Part shown: in pieces, positions 1 to 10,410 of the stretch
Numbering within the stretch: position 1 is the first letter of the stretch
How the letters are laid out: the number at the start of each line of letters is the position of its first letter
DNA from: Trichomonas gallinae
Taxonomy: Eukaryota
Direction of reading: 5' to 3'
Assembly: GCA_008369845.1 (NCBI GenBank)
Contig: MRSU01001977.1
Span: forward strand, 62,001 to 96,088
DNA length: 34,088 nucleotides
Position numbers and translations under genes: made by a program
Notes under the pieces: model-generated
Databases searched by the model: none
Seen by the model: only the letters and a program-made list of their open reading frames with translations
Told to the model about the DNA's origin: nothing

Positions 1-1
1 C

Positions 2-349
2 GCAAACTTTTTCAACGCGGTTGTTGCTTGCCTCCCAGGAACGGAAATAGCAGCAGACGACATTCTCCCAGCCATTTGTTATGCAATGACTTTAGATTTA
101 AGTTTTGCTTCTCACGTCGTATCATTCTTCACTTATTTATCAGAGATTTGGCCCTCAACAGGCTTAGACGAAAAATACTCATACATACTAGTCACGTGCT
201 CAATTGCTTCACTGCACATCTCAAATCCTCCACCAGAAGTACCAGTTGTTACAAAACAACCATCACCAACTTCATCGCCTGATCCTAAGAGAACTACTAC
301 AGACCAGGAGACTATCGCGATGCTTGAAGATTTAATATCACAGCTTTAA
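2..349 (+). CDS. 3' end of a VPS9-domain protein (Rab5-family GEF-like), 5'-truncated by the window edge
   Basis: The frame is open from base 2: ANFFNAVVACLPGTEIAADDILPAICYAM...VSFFTYLSEIW...EKYSYILVTCSIASLHI, then a P/T/S-rich tail and TAA at 347-349. 'AADDILP' and the downstream 'Y-x-L-x-T...A' helix fit the VPS9 (G/S)ADD(L/F)LP and GY-LT motifs. Confidence 0.7.
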   Translation, partial: ANFFNAVVACLPGTEIAADDILPAICYAMTLDLSFASHVVSFFTYLSEIWPSTGLDEKYSYILVTCSIASLHISNPPPEVPVVTKQPSPTSSPDPKRTTTDQETIAMLEDLISQL

Positions 350-424
350 GAAATTATAATATTTATATTGAATGTTTTATAATTGTTAAACAGTTTTTGC
401 ACTTTGCGATTCAAATTCTCCTTT

Positions 425-931
425 TATAATACTTTCATGTTTTTCACTGAATTAAAAAAGAATTTTAAATTCATTGTTAATATATTGTTCACATCGGCAT
501 ATAGCTTAGACCATAAACAATATGATTCCAAGTTTTTGTCTACAGTTGGTTGTACGTCTACCCTTTTTGCAGCGTTTACGATTTTGTTTCGCAAAGTCTA
601 CTAAGGTTGATGCAGCATTTTCATCGTCTACAAAAAAATTGTTTCCCAACAGAATCTGCTAAATCACATATACTTAAACATATGATAGCAATGATGTTTA
701 TTATGATGTAAAAACTTTTCAAATCTCTTAAGGATTTTGAGAAGTTTGCAATATAACACCTTCGATCATTTTTCCCTAATATGCTTAATTAGACTTAGAC
801 ATATCTAGGGATCATATTATGTAAATATTAAGGCATAGCGGTTCTGCCATTGATATTTTTCATCATACTGTTTTAATAATGAAATCTTCTTCAATAATTT
901 GTATTGCTTGGAGTTTTTGTGGCAGTGTCAT
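425..931 (-). pseudogene. Possible decayed gene relic
   Basis: On the minus strand an Inr-like TCACTTT lies just before ATG (931), followed by MTLPQKLQAIQIIEEDFIIKTV** and further protein-like segments (FVDDENAASTLVDFAK; KIVNAAKRVDVQPTVDKNLESYCLWSKLYADV) separated by stops and frameshifts. Confidence 0.3.
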
Positions 932-1035
932 AGATAAAGTGATTACATTATATATGAGTGGGTAATTTGGCAAATGATAAAATAGTTACGGGCGTTAGGA
1001 ATAAAACGATAGACCCTCATTAAATATTTATATAA

Positions 1036-3108
1036 ATGAAATTAGGTAACATTGTTAAAGTCATACAGCTTGTGACTCTTGTTTTAAGCTGTTTGCTTGC
1101 TTTCCTTATTCGCCAATTTGCAAACATTATTAATGAACCAATTATTCACGAATTCGATCCGCATTTCAACTGGAGATGCACACAATACATTGACAAGCAT
1201 GGCTTATACGAATTTCTTGGATGGTTCGATAATATTTCATGGTATCCACTCGGCAGACCTGTTGGTGAGACAGCTTATCCAGGCCTTATGTACACATCCG
1301 CAATAATCAAATGGTCTCTTCAGAAAATTCACATTATCATCGACCTGAGGACTATCTGCGTTTTTATGGGCCCAACAGTCAGCATTTTGTCCGTTTTAAC
1401 TGCTTTCTTGTTCGGGCAACTTATTGGCTCTTCTCAGCTCGGAACTCTCTTCGCTGCAATCACTAGTTTCATTCCTGGTATGATCAGCCGCAGTGTTGGT
1501 GGCGCTTATGACTACGAATGCATCTCCTTATTCATCGTCGTTTTCTGCGTTTACACATTCGCTCTTGCACTTAAGTCCGCATCTATTTTACTCTCAACAC
1601 TCGCCGCGTTTGCTTATGCTTATCTCGCGCTCACTTGGGGTGGGTATGTTTTCGTGTCGAACTGCATTCCATTATTTGTCGCCGGCCTTGTTGCCATTGG
1701 ACGCTACTCATGGCGCCTTCACATAACATACTCAATTTGGGCCCTCTTTGGCACAATTCTTACAGCTCAGATTCCATTTATTGGTGACAAGATTCTCAAG
1801 AAGCCAGAGCACTTCGCACTCCTTGGTACATTCATTGCCATGCAGATTTGGGGCTTCTTCACATTCCTCAAACTCAAATTCTCTCTCCCAACATTTAATT
1901 CTGTTGGTGTTGGCTCAATTCTCGTTCTTCCAGCATTCCTCCTTCTTATGCTTACAGTTGGTATATCTACAGGCCTTCTCGGTGGTTTCTCTGGCCGTTT
2001 GCTCCAGATGTTCGATCCAACATATGCAGCTAAGAACGTTCCAATTATTAACTCAGTTGCCGAACACCAGCCAACTGCCTGGGTCAAGTACTACTCTGAT
2101 TGCTGCCTCTTCATCTTCCTCTTCCCAGTTGGCGCTTACATTATTATCACTTCCCTCAATGATACACAGAAATCAAACAACGAGGCCGAAATCAAGCGTT
2201 CCGAGACATTGTTACTTCTCCTCATCTACGGATTTTCCACCTGCTACTTTGCTTCCATCATGGTTCGTCTCGTTCTTGTTTTCACACCTGCCCTCGTCTT
2301 CGTCGCCGGCATTGGCATGCACCAGATTCTCCGCGAAGCGGCGAAATCGAGATCCCGCTTCCACGTTATCTCAGTTAGCTTCGTCACCCTCTTGTTCGCC
2401 ATCTGTGTACACGGCGTCCTCCATGCTACACACTTCGCATGCTACTCTTACTCCGGCGACCACATGCACTTCGACGTTGTCACACCGCGCGGCATTGAGT
2501 CAAGCGACGACTACCGCGAAGGCTACAGATGGCTCACCCATAACACTCACGAGCACGATGTCGTCATGAGCTGGTGGGATTACGGCTACCAGATCACTTC
2601 TATGGGCAACCGTGGCTGCATCGCTGATGGCAACACATGCAACTTCACGCATATCGGTATCATCGGTATGGCCATGTCATCGCCAGAACCGATCTCATGG
2701 CGCATTGCCAGGTTGATGAACGTCAAGTACATGCTCGTCATTTTCGGTGGCGCAGCACAGTACTCTGGCGATGATATCAACAAGTTCCTCTGGATGCCAA
2801 GAATCGCGCACCAGACATTCGACAACATCACTGGCGAGATGTACCAGATTCCATACAACCACATCGTCGGCGAGAAGATGACAAAGAACATGACAACATC
2901 TATGATGTTCAAGTTCTGCTATAACAATTACAAGAGATATTCACCACACCCACAGGTCCCAGCTGGCTTCGACTTGACAAGAAGAACAGCCATTCCAAAC
3001 ATCAACGACATCTCATTATCCTTGTTCACAGAAGCCTTCACAACAAAGAACTGGATCGTGAGAATCTACAGAGTCGCTGATGACCCACAATGGAATCGCG
3101 TATATTAA
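1036..3108 (+). CDS. STT3: Oligosaccharyltransferase catalytic subunit STT3
   Basis: 690-aa multi-pass membrane protein with IIHEFDPHFN, a DxE motif (YDYE), SVAEHQP, SWWDYGYQI and the DK motif DDINKFLWM. Confidence 0.98.
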   Translation: MKLGNIVKVIQLVTLVLSCLLAFLIRQFANIINEPIIHEFDPHFNWRCTQYIDKHGLYEFLGWFDNISWYPLGRPVGETAYPGLMYTSAIIKWSLQKIHIIIDLRTICVFMGPTVSILSVLTAFLFGQLIGSSQLGTLFAAITSFIPGMISRSVGGAYDYECISLFIVVFCVYTFALALKSASILLSTLAAFAYAYLALTWGGYVFVSNCIPLFVAGLVAIGRYSWRLHITYSIWALFGTILTAQIPFIGDKILKKPEHFALLGTFIAMQIWGFFTFLKLKFSLPTFNSVGVGSILVLPAFLLLMLTVGISTGLLGGFSGRLLQMFDPTYAAKNVPIINSVAEHQPTAWVKYYSDCCLFIFLFPVGAYIIITSLNDTQKSNNEAEIKRSETLLLLLIYGFSTCYFASIMVRLVLVFTPALVFVAGIGMHQILREAAKSRSRFHVISVSFVTLLFAICVHGVLHATHFACYSYSGDHMHFDVVTPRGIESSDDYREGYRWLTHNTHEHDVVMSWWDYGYQITSMGNRGCIADGNTCNFTHIGIIGMAMSSPEPISWRIARLMNVKYMLVIFGGAAQYSGDDINKFLWMPRIAHQTFDNITGEMYQIPYNHIVGEKMTKNMTTSMMFKFCYNNYKRYSPHPQVPAGFDLTRRTAIPNINDISLSLFTEAFTTKNWIVRIYRVADDPQWNRVY

Positions 3109-3196
3109 TATTTTATTTTTCTCTTTATAAAACTATATTTTTTTTTCTCAATTTATTCATCCCTAGTTTATTATTTGAGCCCCCAAAAACATTTTA

Positions 3197-3976
3197 ATGG
3201 GTGATAGAAGAATTCGCGATGTTTGGGCTTCAAATCTAGAGCATGAAATGAAAATTATTTCAGATCTGATTGAAGACTTCCCCTATGTTGCCATGGATAC
3301 TGAATTCCCTGGCGTTATTGCAAAGCCAGTGGGTTCATTCAAATCTACACAAGAATTAGAATACCAGGCAATGAGATGCAACGTAGATTTACTGAAAATC
3401 ATCCAAATTGGTATTACTTTAGGAGATAAAAATGGAGAATGTCCAAAACCATGTTGTACATGGCAATTCAATTTCAAATTCGATGAAAAAAGAGATCCAC
3501 ATTATCACCGCGCTATTATTTTGCTTCAACAAAGTGGAATCGATTTTAAAAAATTTAATGAAGATGGAATTGACGTTTATGATTTTGCTAGATTGCTTAT
3601 ACCTAGTGGTTTAGTTATGAATCCAGCTATTACATGGGTAACTTTTCATAGTATTTCAGATTTTGGTTATTTAATTAAAGTTTTAACAGCGAAGCCACTC
3701 CCAGAAGATTGCAATTCTTTCTTCAAAGAACTTGAACGTTACTTCCCTAACTTCTATGATATCAAATATTATACATCTCCAAAAGCAAAAATTGCAAATG
3801 GTCTTCAATCGATAGCAGATCAGTTGAGGGTCGAAAGAAGTATTGGACGCGAGCACCAGGCCGGTTCTGATGCATTTGTCACACTTAAAGTTTTCTTCGA
3901 ATTGAATTATCAAATTGACAAGCAAGAAGTGTTGGCAGCAAAGAATAAGTTGTATGGAGCATCAGCTATTCTCTAA
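3197..3976 (+). CDS. CAF1: CAF1/POP2 family deadenylase (CCR4-NOT subunit, DEDDh nuclease)
   Basis: IRDVWASNL, AMDTEFPG, NVDLLKIIQIG, TWQFNF, FHSISDFGY, YDIKY and HQAGSD; the catalytic DEDDh residues are present. Confidence 0.96.
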   Translation: MGDRRIRDVWASNLEHEMKIISDLIEDFPYVAMDTEFPGVIAKPVGSFKSTQELEYQAMRCNVDLLKIIQIGITLGDKNGECPKPCCTWQFNFKFDEKRDPHYHRAIILLQQSGIDFKKFNEDGIDVYDFARLLIPSGLVMNPAITWVTFHSISDFGYLIKVLTAKPLPEDCNSFFKELERYFPNFYDIKYYTSPKAKIANGLQSIADQLRVERSIGREHQAGSDAFVTLKVFFELNYQIDKQEVLAAKNKLYGASAIL

Positions 3977-4214
3977 ATATTAATAGATTTTTCTGTTGTT
4001 TAATTTATTTTGATTTTTAATATCTTTAATATACATCACCAACATTCATAAGAACATCAGCTTTAGATGATACAATAAGTTAAAATCGAATCTGATGAAT
4101 AATTTGATTTTGGTTTTTTAAGCAAAAATCATTTAAAAAATGAAATTTTCCATTAATAAATTAGATAAATGAATTAAATATTGACGAAACAATCAAAAAT
4201 TTTATTTGTCAAGA

Positions 4215-7200
4215 ATGGATTATGAGAATTTAACATTTATTGCTTTAAGTTGCAGCGGCTCGAGTCCTGAATTCAGGGAAATTATTAAGTTGGTAGCAGA
4301 CAAAGTTCGTTATGTCACTACTTATGGCTCATTAGAAATTGCAGATGCTGAAAAAACTCCGCTATTCATGAATATATTCATTCCATCGTTTCTAGAAACA
4401 CTACTAAATAACACGAACTATCAATCATTAGATACTGACCATATAATAGATTTGCTTAATTTAATACAAGAACTTGGTTTAAAATTTCTACAAAGTGGAG
4501 AATACAAAGACGATGTATATCGCATTATTACATACCTTTTTACAAAATCAAATACATTTTATCAAAAAACGTATACAAACTTATTAACTAGGATAGTATG
4601 GGACATATATATAGAAAAGTCAAAGAATTTCTTTAAACGTTTGACAGATATTGTCCGCGATTATTACGGTGATGATGATTCAATTTTCAAATTAATCTTC
4701 GATATTCATAAACTATCAGGAAAAATCCAAGAACTTCGCATTTGCATTGATACCACACTTCAACAATACGCATATTATCTTTTTAACATTCAATCAATTT
4801 TAGAAGATAATCCACAGAGAATGAAAGAATATAATTTTAAGAGCCTTAGACAGTTTATCGAAATAATATCAGATCCATTGAATACATCTGTAGAAGCAAG
4901 CCCAATTCTTAATTTTTTAACAATTTTGTTAGATTCACAGCAACACACAATCAGACAATTAGGTGCAGATAGTATATCAGCAATCACAAACAAAACACTA
5001 TTTAAACCCGACGTAATCAAATGGGCAAAACAAGAAAATATTAAAAGTTTATTATTAAGTGCTAAAAGCATTTCACTTCATGCCAGCCTTTCACCAGTTA
5101 TCAAGGTTCTACTACGACATGGTGATATTTCATTTGAAGAAATGTGCGAATTTTATAATAAATGTGTAAAAGCGCAAGTACCAGAAACAACCATATCAGA
5201 CTTCATACTGACATATTCAGAAGAACTGAGTGAGAGAAAACAGAATGAAATATTCCAAAAAATAGAAAATAGCGAAATAAATGAAACAAATGTTTTATTT
5301 TTGGCCAAACTCTTAACATTAATGAAGAATAATAAACAGAAATCCATAGAATTCATGATGAAATGGTCATCTGACGAAAATCTTTCACATGAAATTCGCG
5401 ATAATTTAATGGACGAATTAATTGAAATGGCGAATAATGTAAGTCATCCACCACAGTCTCTATTAGGTTATGCAGCTGAATGCTTTAAAAAAGACAAATT
5501 TGAACAAGGACGAAAAATTTATTTAAGATTCGCAACTCTTGGAATTCTTCCTCCTGAAATCCCAGAATTATTAATCTCGCAAGAAGGTCAGGCACGTCAG
5601 CTTGGTTTCGAAGTAATTACAAAGACAGCAGTTCCCTTGGGAAACTTAGATACAAGGAAATACGCAGAAAAAATCGATGATTATTTCTGGAAGTTTATTT
5701 GCGACTTACTTGCTGAAACAAAGATTAGCCAATATGGGGAACAGTTCACTTATGTGAAGCAGCTTGCTGCGGAATCCGATTTTACTAAAGCAACTGAGCA
5801 TCTAGTGAAATTGTTGATGAGAACTGGCAACGAAAACTCGATGCTTCTTTTCCGTGTCATTGAAGACTGCCAGGACAAAGATGTTGTCAAAACTGCAATA
5901 AGCCATTTATCAGATTTAGCCAAGGGCTCTGCTGGTATCAAAATCAGGCTCCAAGTCCTGAAATATCTAAAAGAAGATCAGACAAAGTTAATCAAAATCA
6001 TTCCAATCATCAAATCTTTTTTCACTGATTTGACAACTACAGTCAAATATGTTAAATACAACATGGTGCCGCACTTCTGCAAATCAGTTGTACACGTTAC
6101 ATTCGAACTCCACAATAAAGAGCGAGAAGCGGAAATTCTTCCTGACGAGGATTTCATGTCATTAAAAGAACAAGCGAGCGCAGTTTTCGAGCAGCAGGTT
6201 GAATTACTAGGATGGGGATATTCGGATTCCGTGAAATCTAAAAATATCAAAGATGGTGATGTTATACACTGCGATACTCTTCATTATTCATTGGGAGGAA
6301 AAGTAATGAATCATCCTGTTCTAGATTTACTCAAAGAAAATATAACAGACAAATATTTGAAAATTGTTAATGAAGGAAATTTAAATGAAGAAGACAATAA
6401 TAATGTTATTTCATTATTGAACTTGCTGCCAACTTCTACGAGTATCATGGAGACACTAGCAGACAGAGAGGGCTTGTTGAAGTTATTAAATAGCGCACAA
6501 TCTATTTCATTCGTGAATTATGTTTTAGAAGCAATTCAAAGACTTCCATTATCACAAAGAGAAGAATTGTTTGAGGATAGCGGTGAAATCATACAGAAAC
6601 TAATCGAATTCCTTGAAGTTAAATCATCAGCGGAAATGAAACAAGGAATTGTAGCGATATTAAGCGAATACATGAGCCCTAACAAAATCAAAAACGTAGA
6701 CAGTATTGTGACACATTTAATGCCTGTTTACATTGATAATGATTCCAATGATGACATTAAAATCGGAATAATCAAGATATTCATTAAACTCGCTGCTTGT
6801 TTCCCAGACAGAGTTTCAGATCTAATGGAAGAAAATATTGGTTTTGTGGAGCAAGTTTTAGAAAACATGAATAATGAGATCAACGAGCCTTTCAACAAAT
6901 TATTGCAGAAAATAGATATAATGGGCGCAATTTTCGAATTAGTGAAAGACAACATTTTGGAGGATAAAGTTGTCAACAAGTTTGTTATTAATATCCTTAG
7001 GAACGCGAAAATTGGCGAATCATTTGGAAAAGAAGAATATTTGCATATCTGTTTGAAGTTGATGCAGGCTGATGACTTTAATAATATTTCTGCTGGAGTA
7101 GAAATGTTCAAGAAACTCGCAGAAATTTCTGACATTGTTGACAATGAAGATACTATTAACTTTTTGTTCCATCACATGCTGACGATGGACAACATGGAGT

Positions 7201-9863
7201 TCAAGCAGCAGATCTTCGATATGATAACGGAAGTCGCGGATGAAAGAGAAGTTTATGCGAAAACAGTTGAAGAGTTCTGTCAAAAACTCGTTCAACTCAA
7301 AATCGAAAGATTTAATTATGATTGCACTTTATTTTCACAGAATTCATCCAGACAAGTCGGCATGCTTAACTTAGGATCAACATGCTTCTTTAATGCTGTA
7401 ATACAGCAGCTGTTCCACATCCCATTGTTCACGTATCAAATATTGACAACCGAATTCAAAGATTCTGCCATGAAAAAATTCCAATATTTGATTGCTGAGC
7501 TTTTGCTATCAGAGCAGAGATATGCAGACCCCAAGCCATTCCTCGACGAATGGAATGGATGGAATAACCAAAAGATAAACGTAAGAGATCAACAAGATGC
7601 AAGCGAATTCGTTACAATTTTCATCGACTCTTTGCCACAAGAAATGCAGATAACATTCAAAGGATCTAGTGTTTGGACGGTCAAAGACCTCAGTGAGAAA
7701 GTCCTCAAGCGTATTCAAGAAGATTTCACGACAATGTCATTGCAAGTCAGAAGTTTCTCAAACATGGAGGCTTCTTTAAATGGTTTGTTATCTCCTGGAA
7801 TGTTAACAGGTGACAATCAATACGAAATCGATGGAACAAAAATCGACGCGAAGCATATAACAAGACTGAAACAGATACCACCAATTCTTATGTTGCAGCT
7901 AAGAAGGTTCGAATTTAACACAAGAAACGGAAGAAGGGACAAAATCAACGACAAATTCGACATCTCACTAAAAATTAACATAGCACCTCTATTAGAAGAC
8001 TACGAAACAAATAAATCACACCAGGAAATATACAAACTCCACGGCATTATAATGCATAGTGGCAATGCAGACAGCGGCCACTACATCAGCTACATCAGAA
8101 TGAAACAAGGCTGGGTGGAGTTCAATGATTCAGAAGTTTCAAGAGTCGAGCAAGATTACGTTTTAAACAGAGCAGCAGCCAAAGGATCAATAGAGAACTG
8201 CAATGCTTATCTTCTTGTGTATATGAAGGAAGATTTCGTTTGCACAGATAAAGATGGAAATTTGATAGAATTCGAAACACTTAAAAACTACATTCCGCAA
8301 AAAACTCGCAAAAACATCGAAAAAATGAACGAATTGTTTTTGTATTCGCAGTTTGCTTTCTCAAAGATATTCTTGAAATATATGAACACAGTCACCGATT
8401 TCAAGATGAAGATGAACTTCTTCTTCCATATTTTCTTGCACGCAGACTACAAAGATTTGCCAAGAATATTCTTAAAGTCTGTATTAAATGATGCAAACTC
8501 AAGTCATGAAAATATTATGACAATCATCGACGAGCACACACAAGATATTATTGAAATCTATGTTTACATGACACAAGATGAAGTTTTAACTGAACTCGAT
8601 AATTTCATTATTAGTTTCACTGGAAATTTGTATAATGATGAAAAAGTTTTCCTGTTTTACGGCGAAATTATCAAAAGTCTCCACCGTTTCATTGAAAATC
8701 GAATGAATATGAAGAACTATCTTAAGCTAATCAATTATTACATGAAACTTAATTATTATAAGTGCAAGCAATTCTACAATTACATAGAAGACTTTTTCGA
8801 TAAAAGTTACGCGAAAGCCGAAGGAATGGCAACAACATATAAGACGAGCCTTTACATCGGAGACATATTCGAAATCATGGAAAAATATATGCATAATGTG
8901 AAACAAGATTTACTTGCACAATACGCAGAATCAATCGTTATGACTTATTCGAACAGAAAACCTTTCTTCAAACTTGCTATTGAGATGTTAAATAGAAATT
9001 TAATCACCCCAGAGAACTTTATAACAATAACAAAAGCAAATCCAAGCAGCATGTTTGCAGAACTTAAACCTCAGCTCAATAAAATATGTTCAAACAATCC
9101 TGAGATTATCTCTTCATTATTCGAATCATTCCCATCATTCAGATACGATGCCATGAAAAATCTTGCTTCCAGGACATCTGATGATGATATACGTGCTTGC
9201 CAGTCTTTGTCTAGATATTTCGTTCAACATGTTTTCAATCCAGAAGAAGAAATAAGACAAAACGCAATCAGTATATTAGGAAGAGCTTTCAAAGTATTTA
9301 CTGGAGAAGAAAATCTTGAAAATGATTCATCATTACCAGATTTCATTCCAACAATTGATGTTTTCTTCAAAGAATTCGCAAATCTACCAACAATCATCAG
9401 AGAAAATTCAGACAATCAATATTTGAAGAGCGTTTTCACCATTTTGAATCCGATCTATCCATATATGACAGAGTTCGAAGACCAAGTTTTGGTTGACACT
9501 CTTTCATCTGCCGTTCGCCCAGAAGATGCTTATACTATAGTAAGATTTTGCGCAATGCTCGGAACTGATTTTGCTGTTAAACGTTTCAAGACGATACTTA
9601 AGATGTGCATTGACAATATTCCATCAGCAGACCAGCAAAACATGTCGCCACAAAACAAGGCAATGGCTGGAGCATTGACATGCTTTGCCATGAACTTGCC
9701 TCCTGATTCAGAAGAGTTGAATGAATTCTTGGAAGAGAAATTGACAAAGGCATTTTACAACCATCTGGAAATATACGGAAAAGAATCACCTGAATATCAA
9801 TTCCTAACTAGAGTTCTACCTCCTGAACAAAAACCAGAAATCGAAATCATAACTCTTAATTAA
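4215..9863 (+). CDS. Large ubiquitin-specific protease (clan CA, family C19), USP9/24/34-like architecture
   Basis: Cys box GMLNLGSTCFFNAVIQQLF, QQDASEF, LQLRRFEF, and His box GIIMHSGNADSGHYISY...WVEFNDSEV, flanked by long helical regions. The first ATG is at 4215; the ORF track starts at TTG 4206. Confidence 0.93.
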   Translation: MDYENLTFIALSCSGSSPEFREIIKLVADKVRYVTTYGSLEIADAEKTPLFMNIFIPSFLETLLNNTNYQSLDTDHIIDLLNLIQELGLKFLQSGEYKDDVYRIITYLFTKSNTFYQKTYTNLLTRIVWDIYIEKSKNFFKRLTDIVRDYYGDDDSIFKLIFDIHKLSGKIQELRICIDTTLQQYAYYLFNIQSILEDNPQRMKEYNFKSLRQFIEIISDPLNTSVEASPILNFLTILLDSQQHTIRQLGADSISAITNKTLFKPDVIKWAKQENIKSLLLSAKSISLHASLSPVIKVLLRHGDISFEEMCEFYNKCVKAQVPETTISDFILTYSEELSERKQNEIFQKIENSEINETNVLFLAKLLTLMKNNKQKSIEFMMKWSSDENLSHEIRDNLMDELIEMANNVSHPPQSLLGYAAECFKKDKFEQGRKIYLRFATLGILPPEIPELLISQEGQARQLGFEVITKTAVPLGNLDTRKYAEKIDDYFWKFICDLLAETKISQYGEQFTYVKQLAAESDFTKATEHLVKLLMRTGNENSMLLFRVIEDCQDKDVVKTAISHLSDLAKGSAGIKIRLQVLKYLKEDQTKLIKIIPIIKSFFTDLTTTVKYVKYNMVPHFCKSVVHVTFELHNKEREAEILPDEDFMSLKEQASAVFEQQVELLGWGYSDSVKSKNIKDGDVIHCDTLHYSLGGKVMNHPVLDLLKENITDKYLKIVNEGNLNEEDNNNVISLLNLLPTSTSIMETLADREGLLKLLNSAQSISFVNYVLEAIQRLPLSQREELFEDSGEIIQKLIEFLEVKSSAEMKQGIVAILSEYMSPNKIKNVDSIVTHLMPVYIDNDSNDDIKIGIIKIFIKLAACFPDRVSDLMEENIGFVEQVLENMNNEINEPFNKLLQKIDIMGAIFELVKDNILEDKVVNKFVINILRNAKIGESFGKEEYLHICLKLMQADDFNNISAGVEMFKKLAEISDIVDNEDTINFLFHHMLTMDNMEFKQQIFDMITEVADEREVYAKTVEEFCQKLVQLKIERFNYDCTLFSQNSSRQVGMLNLGSTCFFNAVIQQLFHIPLFTYQILTTEFKDSAMKKFQYLIAELLLSEQRYADPKPFLDEWNGWNNQKINVRDQQDASEFVTIFIDSLPQEMQITFKGSSVWTVKDLSEKVLKRIQEDFTTMSLQVRSFSNMEASLNGLLSPGMLTGDNQYEIDGTKIDAKHITRLKQIPPILMLQLRRFEFNTRNGRRDKINDKFDISLKINIAPLLEDYETNKSHQEIYKLHGIIMHSGNADSGHYISYIRMKQGWVEFNDSEVSRVEQDYVLNRAAAKGSIENCNAYLLVYMKEDFVCTDKDGNLIEFETLKNYIPQKTRKNIEKMNELFLYSQFAFSKIFLKYMNTVTDFKMKMNFFFHIFLHADYKDLPRIFLKSVLNDANSSHENIMTIIDEHTQDIIEIYVYMTQDEVLTELDNFIISFTGNLYNDEKVFLFYGEIIKSLHRFIENRMNMKNYLKLINYYMKLNYYKCKQFYNYIEDFFDKSYAKAEGMATTYKTSLYIGDIFEIMEKYMHNVKQDLLAQYAESIVMTYSNRKPFFKLAIEMLNRNLITPENFITITKANPSSMFAELKPQLNKICSNNPEIISSLFESFPSFRYDAMKNLASRTSDDDIRACQSLSRYFVQHVFNPEEEIRQNAISILGRAFKVFTGEENLENDSSLPDFIPTIDVFFKEFANLPTIIRENSDNQYLKSVFTILNPIYPYMTEFEDQVLVDTLSSAVRPEDAYTIVRFCAMLGTDFAVKRFKTILKMCIDNIPSADQQNMSPQNKAMAGALTCFAMNLPPDSEELNEFLEEKLTKAFYNHLEIYGKESPEYQFLTRVLPPEQKPEIEIITLN

Positions 9864-10150
9864 TATTTGTATATTTATTTGTTTATATAATAAAACGTTG
9901 ATATGATTAATATATGTATGGAAACATATTATAATATTATATTACGTTGCAATGAGTAGTGAAAGTCATTACATAGCAAGATAAAGCCGATTTAAAGTAC
10001 AAAATTAACTCTTTTTCCAATATGATGTATATACAATTATTAGAAACATATGAAGTTTTAATGATATTTTTGTTATATACATAGAATATAAAAATTAAAA
10101 ATGAAGAGAATTAAATACATAACAAACAAATAAAACAAATAATGGATTGC

Positions 10151-10410
10151 TTAATAGGCGCATGTAGAAAGCAGTGGAGCATCAATGCTGTCTGTGTAGT
10201 ATTTTGAATTTGTCTCCTTTGGCTTTGAGATGAACTAGTACAGGTCCATCTGTGGGAGATTTGACTTGACCTGTCATGCCATGAATGCTGCTTCATCTTT
10301 TGATAAGTGGATAACGAGGCGGCACCCGATTTTATCCTTCTTGGAGGTGCAATTAACCTGAAGGTTGTTCATTGTAACAATACCTGGCTGTAGGCTGCAG
10401 ATTGGAACAT
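10151..10410 (-). pseudogene. Small coding-like frame with two internal stops (pseudogene or recoded small gene)
   Basis: GC-richer island between AT-rich spacers. One frame reads VPICSLQPGIVTMNNLQVNCTSKKDKIGCRLVIHLSKDEAAFMA*QVKSNLPQMDLY*FISKPKETNSKYYTDSIDAPLLSTCAY*, using codons like those in the 3' part of STT3 (AAG, CCA, ACA, CTC, TTC, TAC). Confidence 0.5.

Noticed and set aside
1748..2569. 273-aa alternative-frame ORF inside STT3, and other antisense or overlapping short ORFs in the track
   Set aside because: These are Ser-rich shadow frames explained by the C-ending codon bias of the real genes; none has recognisable motifs.
1036..3108. Rising GC content from 5' to 3' in STT3, suggesting a chimeric or transferred gene
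   Set aside because: The protein is a continuous eukaryotic STT3, and similar AT-rich 5' ends occur in other genes here (USP, importin-like, ankyrin).
10111..10296. 61-aa ORF MKQHSWHD..., considered as an antizyme-like +1 frameshift product
   Set aside because: It has no antizyme motifs, poor codon usage, and runs into the T-rich spacer; a different frame looks coding.
10377..10392. ACAATACCTGGC resembling the U1 snRNA 5' end (ACTTACCTGGC)
   Set aside because: It is mismatched and followed by only ~30 nt before AT-rich DNA, with no U1 stem-loops; it is simply the complement of a CAG|GTATTGT sequence.
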